Below are positions 8,651 to 17,772 of a stretch of 64,000 nucleotides of DNA, in pieces. Where the stretch lies: the NCBI GenBank assembly GCA_023205875.1, contig CP060759.1:1-64000 (forward strand), read 5' to 3'. Numbering within the stretch: position 1 is the first letter of the stretch; the number at the start of each line of letters is the position of its first letter. Under the pieces are notes generated by a model. That model had not been told where the DNA came from. It saw nothing but the letters and a program-made list of their open reading frames with translations, and made no database searches. Made by a program: the position numbers and the translations under genes. The stretch comes from Chloropicon primus. Its lineage: Eukaryota.

Positions 8651-10858
8651 ATGGGGAACCAAGGGAAGACCGAGTTCCTGCCGAGGTTCAGTGTGGTGGA
8701 CGACACCTTGGAATTGTACGACAAGGAACAAAACCCAGTAGTGGTCAACAGTCAGGAGTACTGGGCCTCGGTTGCGAGTGTGGGGGCGGTGGCATACGCC
8801 ATTGCGGGACTCGTGCTTCTGTACCTCGTCCTCGTGGGGATCTTGCGCGCGGTCGTGGTGGGGGCCAGGGCCTGCAAAGGGAAGAAGAAGTTCGAGGAGT
8901 ACGAGAACGAGTACGCCCAGGACAGGAGGGCCTCGATCGCCGGGGGGGGGAGCCCAGCCAACGCCTTCTCCCTGGTGAGGGCGATCACCAGCAGGCGGAG
9001 GAGGCTCGTGGTGGACGGCCGGGGGGGTCCAGACGAGCAGGGGAGGCTGTACTCCAGGTGCTTCCTGGACACGGTCAAGGTGGCCACCCTGGCCCTCGTG
9101 CTGGCGGGCTTCGTGGCCTCCTTGGTCTTCATGTTGTACGGCGCGGAGATGGTCTCGCTGACGGAGGGGGGCACGAATGTCCTCGGGGAGACACTCAGGG
9201 CCCAGGCGGCGGACCTCCGGGGCGTGAGGCAGCTGACCGCCTCGAGCCCGGTGGAGCAGATCCGGGGGGAGATCCTGTGGGAGGACTTCGTCCGAAACGT
9301 CATGCCCGTGGTGAACTCCAATCTGAACACCCTGGACGAGGCGTACTTTGGCGCGAAGGTTCTCACGTACTTCGTCCCCTCCGCGGTGTTCTTGGTCTCC
9401 CTGCTCGTCTTGGGTTACGCTTTCCAGCTCCACACCTGCTTTGTGGACCTCTCCCCCGCGCCCCTCGTCCCGTGGCTGTTCGTGATCGTTTCCCTCTGCC
9501 TCGGGATGGGCCTGGCACTGCCTTCGCTCTACTCGGACGTGTGCGGGCAGGCGGACAAGTACATGGACGGGGACCACTCCGGACCCGAGGACGTCAACAG
9601 GAGTCTGGCGTTTGCCAACTCTCTCTACCCTTGCGGGGGTACCGCCGCCATGCATTTCGGGAATGCTACGGTGCGCCCGGAGGAGGTCGGCGTCGCCCTG
9701 GCTTGCCTGGAACTCTCCAACGACTTCAGGTCACACGCCTTGGGGCTCATCCAGGGACTGAACGGGGATCTGCTGGGCTTTCGCAACGCGTTTGGGATCT
9801 CCTCCACGACTCTTCCCTTGCTCTGCGTGCCGTACGAATCCGACGAGACCGTCAGCAGCAACGGAAGCTCTGAGAAGCAGTGTCAGCAGCAGTTCCGCCC
9901 TGGGTCGGCGTGCACCGCCGGTGTAGTCGGCATGGCAGGGTGCGTGAGCTCCGTGGGAAGCATGTGGAATCCCACGGACGTGAACTCTTTGGTCTGTGCC
10001 CTGAATGGGAAGGGCAACACCCTGGGAAGCCAGGTGCTCAACGACGGCAAGATCAAGGACGTGGACGGCGCGAGCTTGCTGCAGAACGTCGGGTTCGGCA
10101 GCGTCGGGTTCACAAACCAGCACTTCCAGAACGTGATCGGGATGGGAGGACTCACCACGCCAGCGTCGGTGTACAAGCAGAAATCTTGCAACACGGGGAA
10201 CCAGCGGCAGAACCTCGTGGCGAACTTTGGGAAACCCTTGACGGAGTACGGCTACAGGGACTACTCCCCAGCAATGCACCAGCACGGCCTCAACTTCGAG
10301 GAGATGGAGGGTGACGCCGAGGAGGCGCTCCTGGCCATGAACCGGAGCGACGCCGTCCTGATGACGGCGAACTGCGAGTACACCCGCCGGGCAGTGGGGC
10401 AGATGACCGAGTACGGGTTCGGGAACAGGTGCAAGAGGCTTGACCTGGTCTCCACCGTCTTCTGGATCGCGAACGCTGTCCTGGCTCTCGTGTGCGCCCT
10501 CCTTGCCCTGATGCTGGAGATGCTCGAGGCGGCGTACTGGGATGTTGAGGACGAGGAGGACAAGCAGCAGGGTGCAGTCGCATTTGTAGACGAGGCGGGG
10601 GGCTTCGAGTACGGCGGCGGTGCGGGCCACTACGAGGACTTCAACTCGAGCGGGACTTCGGCAGCCAGCGCGCCGCCCATGCCGACCCTGCAGATGCCCC
10701 TGCAGACCCAAGCATCGGCGGGCCCGGTGATGGGATACGCCATTCGCAGCCCTTCGGCATTCGACATCACTGCCCCTCCTCCCCGCCCTTCCTCTGCCCC
10801 CCCGGCGAGGCAGGTGGACCACTACGTGCTGGAGCAACCCCCCATGAAAGTCCTGTGA
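8651..10858 (+). CDS. Multi-pass membrane protein with a large Cys-containing extracellular loop (Tweety/prominin-like topology, tentative)
   Basis: 735-aa ORF with about 5 hydrophobic helices, SDVC motif after TM4 and a Pro-rich tail. Confidence 0.6.
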   Translation: MGNQGKTEFLPRFSVVDDTLELYDKEQNPVVVNSQEYWASVASVGAVAYAIAGLVLLYLVLVGILRAVVVGARACKGKKKFEEYENEYAQDRRASIAGGGSPANAFSLVRAITSRRRRLVVDGRGGPDEQGRLYSRCFLDTVKVATLALVLAGFVASLVFMLYGAEMVSLTEGGTNVLGETLRAQAADLRGVRQLTASSPVEQIRGEILWEDFVRNVMPVVNSNLNTLDEAYFGAKVLTYFVPSAVFLVSLLVLGYAFQLHTCFVDLSPAPLVPWLFVIVSLCLGMGLALPSLYSDVCGQADKYMDGDHSGPEDVNRSLAFANSLYPCGGTAAMHFGNATVRPEEVGVALACLELSNDFRSHALGLIQGLNGDLLGFRNAFGISSTTLPLLCVPYESDETVSSNGSSEKQCQQQFRPGSACTAGVVGMAGCVSSVGSMWNPTDVNSLVCALNGKGNTLGSQVLNDGKIKDVDGASLLQNVGFGSVGFTNQHFQNVIGMGGLTTPASVYKQKSCNTGNQRQNLVANFGKPLTEYGYRDYSPAMHQHGLNFEEMEGDAEEALLAMNRSDAVLMTANCEYTRRAVGQMTEYGFGNRCKRLDLVSTVFWIANAVLALVCALLALMLEMLEAAYWDVEDEEDKQQGAVAFVDEAGGFEYGGGAGHYEDFNSSGTSAASAPPMPTLQMPLQTQASAGPVMGYAIRSPSAFDITAPPPRPSSAPPARQVDHYVLEQPPMKVL

Positions 10859-11472
10859 GTAGAGGCGGCAGCAGTGATGAAAGATCACCCATCGTGGTGG
10901 TCCTCATCCTAAAGGAGTGGATCTGGATTAATATAAAGTATCATAGTTATCAGTTATCACTTATTGTGTCTGCTTTGCTTTGTGCACCAATGCCCCTTGC
11001 GTTTTCCTATGAAATCAAACACGCACAAACACACAAACCCAAGCGAGCAAGTCTTCGTCTTCGTCTTCGTCTTCCCGTTCCTTGGACCCATGCCATTCCA
11101 AGTCCATTTGGTTGTCCTGGGCATCATCGGCTTATCCATTGATTGATTGGGAGATCACTTTTCGGGGCAGCAGCCGTGACGAGGCGAGGCGAGGAGCAAG
11201 GGCGGAACGAGGCGCGACGAAGCACGGAAGACCAGGGGGAGGCGAACCACACCCACAACAAACAACACAACACAACACCGGCACCTTCGTTCTCTCCCGC
11301 AAGAGAGACAGAGACAGAGACAGAGACAGAGACAGAGACAGACGAGAGAGACGGACCCGCGCAACCTGAACCTGGTGCTGGTGCTCACCTGAACCCAACC
11401 CAACCCAACCCAACCCAACCGAACCGAGTCGAATCGAGTCGAACCGTGCGGCGTGCACTGGACAGCGTCGCG

Positions 11473-12756
11473 ATGACACTGGTGTCGCCTTGTGCTTTGG
11501 GCTCGCGGGGCCTCGCCGGCAGGCGGCTGGATTCCTCCCGAGCGACGACGACGACGACGACGACGACGAGAAGGAGGCCGGCCTCCTGCAGCGCGTGGAG
11601 AGCCTGGAGTGTCTCGGGCAGGAGGAGAGGAGAGGCGAGCAGCGGGGGGGGGGAGGGGAGGTCGAGGGGCTTGCCGGGCGGGCGACAGATTGAGCGCGAC
11701 CTCGAGACGGATAGGACGGGTGGGGGAGGGGGGAAGCTGCCGCCACCTCGGAGTCTCCGCGTCTCCTTCAGCGGGGACGACGGCGACCCGCAAGACCACA
11801 TTCCCTTTGGCTACGGGAGTTTCCTTGCCCTCGTGCTCTTGGTCGCCAAGTGCCTCGTGTGCTACTGCACCGAGGACGTGGAGACTGCTTTCATGTCGAT
11901 CGACTTGGGGTTCCTTACATTTTTGGGTTGGCTCTGCCTGTTCGCGTTCCGGGCCCCGAGCATGGCGGCGCTGCACCCGTTTCTCATCGAGTTGGGAAGC
12001 GCGGTCATCATGGAGGAGATGGTCTTCTCCATGCTGCTGGTGAACAAAATCAAGCCGGACTTGGACTACAAGGTGACGAAGGATTTTTTGGTTCACCACG
12101 TCTCCAGCGCGATCATGGGCTGGCTCGCGCTCTATTTCTGCACCAGGGCCCTGGGCACGGGCTTCGTGGCGGTTGGAGTCATCGGGACAGGTGAGATGGA
12201 TTTCTTTCTTTCTTTCTTTTTTCTTTTGCGGGCCCTTTCCCTCTTCCCCTTTCGCTCACTCCTTGCCCCCTTCTCTTTTGGTCTTTTTTGCGCGCGAGCT
12301 GCAGAGGTGACGACCTTCCTTCCGGTGGCCTTCAGAGAGTCCGTGAGGAGCAAGAAAATCTCCAGTGACAAGCGCATCTCTGCGTTCTTGGGCGTCGTTT
12401 TCCCGGCAGCATTTTGCTGGAGGACCTACTGGTCCTCAAAGATGTGGCTGAGGCTGCTGAAGGTCGGGAGGAGCTACTTGGCGACCAGCCCCGTCCTGGC
12501 GAACCAGGTGCTGTGGAGGATAGGTGAGCTCTCCGTGGCGACTGTCGTGGGCTGCAACTGGGTTTGGACGCACAGAATACTCAAGGGGAGCATGAAGGTG
12601 GCGATGCGTCGCAGTCGCGGGCAGGTAAGTCAACAAGGGAACGGACGCGTGCATTGATTTTCATGTCACTGACTCTTTCCGTTTGCCTCCGCACCACCAC
12701 CATTCCTCGCATCGCAGAAGTCGGATGACCAGTACTTCCAGAAAGAGATCGAGTAA
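11473..12756 (+). CDS. TLC (TRAM/LAG1/CLN8)-domain-like membrane protein with a putative transit peptide; introns 12191-12304 and 12625-12717
   Basis: FLVHHV, E-VTTF and NWVW motifs; GTGAG...GCAG and GTAAGT...CTGAC...GCAG introns; last exon KSDDQYFQKEIE*. Confidence 0.65.
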
Positions 12757-13063
12757 TCCCTGTCCTCCTCCTCCTCCTCCTCCTCTTCGGTGCTGGTGCA
12801 GGTGATTGTGTATGTTTTTTTCCATCATCCATTCATTCATTGATTCCTGTTTCTGTTGTTCTGTTGGATTGGATTGGATTGGGTTGAGTTGGGTTGTAAT
12901 AAAGAAGAGTTTCCTTTGCTTTCCTTTGTTTTGCTTTCCTTTGCATTGTTTCCTCTCTCTCCATGGGCGTCTTCCTCTGTCCTGGTGGGTTCTGGTTGGC
13001 CTAGCATCCTTCCAAGGATCTGATCTTCTTCCCTTCCCTAGGTCGCGAGTGGAGGAGAGAGAG

Positions 13064-13097
<34 letters not shown>

Positions 13098-13141
13098 GAG
13101 TCCGGTCCTGTTGTGGGTCGAGGACGAGGACGAGGACGAGG

Positions 13142-15493
13142 ATGTGGAAGCTGAGAACGGCGGAGGAGGGGAGGGAGGTGAAGCCGGAGGGGGGGATGCC
13201 CTTGCGGACGCTATGCGGACTCGCGGGGAGGCAGGTCTGGGAGTACGTCGAGCAAATCAACAAAGGGGAAGAGGACCAGGGGATCGCACACGACAAGGCC
13301 AGGACCGAGTATGTCAGGAAGAGGAAGGAGCTCGGAGTAAGGCACAGCGCAGACGAGCTCATGAGGGTGCAGCAGTGCGGCCCGGGGTACAAGGAGGTGG
13401 TCCGCGTCAAGCCCAAGGGGAAGAGCAAGGCCAACACAAAGTCCCCGGTGGACGGGGCGGACCTCGACCGCGGGGTGTTGGGCGGCCTCCAGTTCTACGA
13501 GCAGCTCCAGATGGACGACGGCCACTGGCCGGGGGACTACGGCGGTCCCATGTTCCTGATGCCCGGATTGATCATCACGTGTTACGTCACTGAGACGATG
13601 GAAACGGTCTTGGGTCCCCACAGGAAGCGAGAGATGGTGCGGTACCTGAAGAACCAGCAGAACCCGGACGGGGGGTACGGCTTGCACATCGAGGGCCACT
13701 CCACGATGTTCGGCACGGTTCTCACGTACGTCTCGATGCGGTTGCTCGGCATGGACGCCGATGACACGGAGTGCGTGAGGGCAAGGAAGTGGATATTGAT
13801 TCACGGGGGGGCGACGATGATACCGAGTTGGGGCAAGTTCTGGCTGTCCGTGCTGGGCGTCTTCGAGTGGGATGGCTTGAACCCCGTGCCCCCGGAGGTT
13901 TGGCTCCTGCCTTACAGCGGGAAGACGGGGATAGGCTACATGCACCCTGGCAGGTTCTGGTGCCATTGCAGGATGGTCTACCTTCCGATGAGTTACATTT
14001 ACGGCGCCAGGATCGTGGGGAAGATCACTCCGTTGGTGAAGAAGATGAGGGAGGAACTCTTCTTGAACCCCTACGAGAAGGTCGACTGGAACAAGGCGAG
14101 GAACGAGTGCGCCAAGGAGGACTTGTACTACCCCCACCCCGTGGTGCAGGACGCCCTGTGGTGGACGCTGTACAAGCTGGAGAACCTGCTGCTGCCGAAC
14201 AGGCCCTTGGCGTTCCTGAGGAGGAAGGCGCTCAAGGAAACCCTCAGGCACATCACGTACGAGGACGAGAACACTAGGTACGTTTGCATCGGACCGGTGA
14301 ACAAGGTCATGAACATGCTGTGCAGGTGGCACGAGGACCCCAAGGGGGACGCCTTCAAGTTGCACGCGACCAGGATACCTGACTACTTGTGGGTGGCGGA
14401 GGACGGGATGAAGATGCAGGGCTACAACGGGTCCCAGCTTTGGGACACCACGTTCGCGATTCAGGCGATCTTCGCGACGGGAATGGAGCAAAAGGTTGAC
14501 CAGTGCGTCCGCAAGGCCGCGAATTACTTGGAAGCCACCCAGGTGCGAGAGGACTGCCCTGGTCCCCTCGTCGAGTACTACAGGCACATCTCCAAGGGGG
14601 CTTGGCCTTTCAGCACCAGGGACCACGGCTGGCCCATCTCCGACTGCAGCTCGGAGGGCCTCAAGGCGTACCTGACCATGGAGCCCTTCCTCGGGGAGTT
14701 CATCTCGGACGACAGGCTGGACGACTGCGTGAACGTGATTCTGTCCTACCAGAACAAGACCGGCGGGTGGGCGACTTACGAGAACACGAGGAGCTTCCCC
14801 CAGCTCGAGCTGATCAACCCCGCGGAGACCTTCGGGGACATCGTGATCGACTACGATTACGTGGAGTGCTCGTCCGCCTGCCTGACGGCGCTCGTGGCTT
14901 TCATCGAGCGCCACGACAGGAAGGGTTGGAACAGCAGGTTCCACAAGTCGAAGCTCGAGAAGGTCTTGGCGGACGGCATCCGGTTCATCGAGAGCATCCA
15001 GAAGCCGGACGGGTCGTGGTACGGGTCGTGGGGCGTGTGCTTCACGTACGCCTGCTGGTTCGGGTGCGAGGCCCTCTCCGCCTGCGACAAGGTCCTCGGG
15101 ACGGACAGCCAGGCCAGGCTGGACAGGGCGGCCGACTTCCTGCTGGAGCACCAGAGGCCGGACGGGGGCTGGGGCGAGAGCTACCTCTCCTGCGAGCTCA
15201 AGGAGTACTCTCAGCTGCCCGAGGACGAGCCCTCCCACGTGGTGAACACAGCCTGGGCCCTGCTGGCTCTGCTCAAGGCCGGCCAGCAGCACAGGGACCC
15301 CACCCCCCTCCACCGGGCGGCGAGGTGCCTCCTGAACGCCCAGATGCCCTGCGGGGACTGGCCCCAGCAGCACATCAGCGGCGTCTTCAACAGGAACTGC
15401 ATGATCACCTACGCCAACTACAGGAACATCTTCCCCCTGTGGGCCCTTGGGGAGTACAAGCACCTCGTCCTTTCCGCCGGCGAAGAGTCGTGA
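13142..15493 (+). CDS. CAS1: Cycloartenol synthase (2,3-oxidosqualene cyclase)
   Basis: MWKLR start, DGHWPGDYGGPMF, FWCHCR, GYNGSQLWD, DHGWPISDCSSE (Tyr/His/Ile residues typical of CAS), QW repeats. Confidence 0.96.
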   Translation: MWKLRTAEEGREVKPEGGMPLRTLCGLAGRQVWEYVEQINKGEEDQGIAHDKARTEYVRKRKELGVRHSADELMRVQQCGPGYKEVVRVKPKGKSKANTKSPVDGADLDRGVLGGLQFYEQLQMDDGHWPGDYGGPMFLMPGLIITCYVTETMETVLGPHRKREMVRYLKNQQNPDGGYGLHIEGHSTMFGTVLTYVSMRLLGMDADDTECVRARKWILIHGGATMIPSWGKFWLSVLGVFEWDGLNPVPPEVWLLPYSGKTGIGYMHPGRFWCHCRMVYLPMSYIYGARIVGKITPLVKKMREELFLNPYEKVDWNKARNECAKEDLYYPHPVVQDALWWTLYKLENLLLPNRPLAFLRRKALKETLRHITYEDENTRYVCIGPVNKVMNMLCRWHEDPKGDAFKLHATRIPDYLWVAEDGMKMQGYNGSQLWDTTFAIQAIFATGMEQKVDQCVRKAANYLEATQVREDCPGPLVEYYRHISKGAWPFSTRDHGWPISDCSSEGLKAYLTMEPFLGEFISDDRLDDCVNVILSYQNKTGGWATYENTRSFPQLELINPAETFGDIVIDYDYVECSSACLTALVAFIERHDRKGWNSRFHKSKLEKVLADGIRFIESIQKPDGSWYGSWGVCFTYACWFGCEALSACDKVLGTDSQARLDRAADFLLEHQRPDGGWGESYLSCELKEYSQLPEDEPSHVVNTAWALLALLKAGQQHRDPTPLHRAARCLLNAQMPCGDWPQQHISGVFNRNCMITYANYRNIFPLWALGEYKHLVLSAGEES

Positions 15494-15933
15494 GGGAGGG
15501 AGGGAGAAGAAGGAAGGCCGTGTGTCCCTAAAAAGCCGACGCACGCTTTTTTATTTTCAGGGTAGAGGCGTAGAGGTCGTTTTCCTGAATTCATCTTCCG
15601 AGAAGAACAAGCCCAAGTCTTGATGAATGCATGCAATGTCATGTCTATCATTATCTCTCATGTCAATGTCATCTCATCCGTTCCGGTCATCTTGATCTTG
15701 ATCGGATCTCCTGTCCTGTCCCGTCTCTGCCCTCTGTTTTGCTTCCTTTTTGTTTCGTCTCTCGCTGAAATCTTATCCGCTCGGCCGCATTTTGTGGTCA
15801 CAGGAGAGAGGAGAGGAGACCCACCCAACCCAACCCAACCCAGCGACGAGGACGAGGACGAGGACGAGGATACCCCGGGAAGGAGGAAGGGGAAGGAACA
15901 CCAAGACCACAACCACAATAACACGATAACACG

Positions 15934-16534
15934 ATGCCGCCTCCAGTGGGGACGAGGAATACGACGACGTGCATGGCAGCCAAGCCCAAGTCCAAGAGAC
16001 AAAAGAGGCAGCAGAGGTGAGGGAGGGAAGGACGACGGACGCGGCGCACGACCTCTCGCGCGAGTGTCCTGCGGAGGAGTGGACTTGGACTGACTCGAGG
16101 ACTTGGACTGACTCTGACACCCTGCTTTCCTGCTTCCTGCTTCCTGCTTCCTGTTCTTGTCGGTTGGGTGTTTGTGTTTTCTACGATGAAAAAGGCACGA
16201 GCGCCAGCGCAGGAAGATCTATGGCACGGAGGAGCGTCCCCGCCTAGCGGTGTTCCGCTCGAACGAGCACATCTACGCCCAGGTCATCGACGACAGCAGC
16301 CACGAGGGGAAGGGCCACACCCTCTGCGCGTGCTCTACGCTCACGCCGGCCATTCGCGAGTCCTTGTCCACCGGGGCCAACGTGGATGCCGCCACCAAGG
16401 TCGGAGAGGAGATTGCGAGCAAGTGCAAGGCTCTTAACATAAGCTCGGTCGTCTTCGACAAGGGCGGTTTCCTTTACCACGGGAGGGTGCAGGCCGTCGC
16501 GGAGGCCGCGAGAGAGGGCGGACTCGTCTTCTGA
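15934..16534 (+). CDS. RPL18: Plastid 50S ribosomal protein L18; intron 16017-16194; N-terminus uncertain
   Basis: The spliced frame gives [34 protein letters not shown]...[26 protein letters not shown]. Confidence 0.88.
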
Positions 16535-16875
16535 GCGACGACGACGACGAAATCAACTCAACTCTCGAGCGGCGACGCAAGGGGGGAGGAGCCACCCGCC
16601 CCCTGTGTCGCCGCTCGAGAGGAAAGGAACCCATTGTGTAGTATAAGAATTCTAGAGAAACAAGCTCGCCGACCTGCTTCCCCCGTCCTCCTCGGGTCGG
16701 AAACGTCATCGTCGCGGTAAACTAGGAGTACAGTACAATAAAAGGCGGGAGAAGGAGAGAGAGAGGGGGGGGGAGAGAGGAGGTCGGGGAGGAGGAGGTC
16801 GTGTCACCTGCCCCTCGACCGCGAGACCCCACCCCCCTTCTCCACCTCGTGTGTTATTGGGTGCATCGCTTGGGA

Positions 16876-17292
16876 TCAGTAGCTGTTGTTCTCAAAGTCC
16901 TTGAAGTCGCGTTCGACCTCTTGAAGGTTCTTCAAGTGCTGCTCCAAGCTCAACGCGTTGATCCTCGCGGAGGCGGTCGGGGCAACGGAGTCCTCCCACG
17001 AGCGGCCGCCCAGGCACCTGACGTTGGTGAAGAAGCCCCCTGACCCCGACGCGGCGGCCACCTTCTTCGACAGCCACTCGGCGAGGTCGTCGTCCTCGGC
17101 GTCGAAGGCCACCACGGCGGCCCCCGTCTCGCACAAACCCACGGCGTTCTTCTCCACCGCCACGCGCCTGAGCGCCCTCGTCGCCCCGCCCCCCTCCTGA
17201 AGGAGCTGCCCGAGCTTATCCCGGAGCTTCTCGTCCGTGCAGTCCAGAGGAAGCCCGAGGAGTCCCACCACCTGGCCCCCCCCTGACCCCAT
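16876..17292 (-). CDS. Small hypothetical protein, possibly RRM-like fold (may start further upstream, about 17433)
   Basis: VGLLGLPLDCTDEKLRDKL...GAAVVAF pattern resembles RNP2/RNP1; coding-like codon use. Confidence 0.5.
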   Translation of the reverse strand: MGSGGGQVVGLLGLPLDCTDEKLRDKLGQLLQEGGGATRALRRVAVEKNAVGLCETGAAVVAFDAEDDDLAEWLSKKVAAASGSGGFFTNVRCLGGRSWEDSVAPTASARINALSLEQHLKNLQEVERDFKDFENNSY

Positions 17293-17489
17293 CGCCCTGA
17301 GGATCCCCCTCCGCGACCCTCCAGCCAGAGACCACCCTCCTCCGTTTCTCCCCTTGCCTTGGTGCAACCCTGCGCCCCCTCCTCTGGGTCTGCTGGGTCT
17401 GCTGGGAATCACTCCACCTCCATCCCATCCCATCCCAACCCAACCCAACCCAAAAGGAGTCAACCAAGACCAAGACCAAAACCAAGACC

Positions 17490-17531
<42 letters not shown>

Positions 17532-17610
17532 TTGTGTGTGGTCCGGTCCAGTGCGGCCGCCCTGTCCTGTCCTTTGTTCACCTCGTCCTTTGTTCGCCTC
17601 GTCCACGCCT

Positions 17611-17650
17611 CCTTAAAACCTAAACCTAAAAACCTAAAACCTAAAACCTA
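17611..17650. repeat. Interstitial telomere-repeat / telo-box-like tract between divergent genes
   Basis: CCTTAAAACCTAAACCTAAAAACCTAAAACCTAAAACCTA. Confidence 0.7.
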
Positions 17651-17772
17651 TCCCCCACAGGATCTTGGTCTTGGTCCAGCACAAGCAAGAGAAGAGAACA
17701 GAGAGAGAGAGACAGAGAGAGACAGAGAGAGAAAGAGACCTTTTCAAGTCTCGAGTCCGAGACAAGGAGAAG

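Noticed and set aside
7177..9873. 898-aa ORF and other long antisense or shadow ORFs (e.g. 2338-4233, 13211-15544, 18526-20634, 46434-48641, 31824-33545)
   Set aside because: They overlap well-supported genes and are explained by high GC3 and microsatellites suppressing stop codons.
10875..10930. SECIS-like ATGA...GA stem after a TGA stop
   Set aside because: It lacks the proper helix II length and apical AA, lies too close to the TGA, and there is no selenoprotein context.
14635..14660. DCSSE instead of DCTAE in the oxidosqualene cyclase
   Set aside because: The catalytic Asp-Cys and CAS specificity residues are intact, so this is not evidence of a new product.
16660..16712. Minus-strand SECIS candidate
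   Set aside because: The quartet is not in register with the stem and there is no apical AA.
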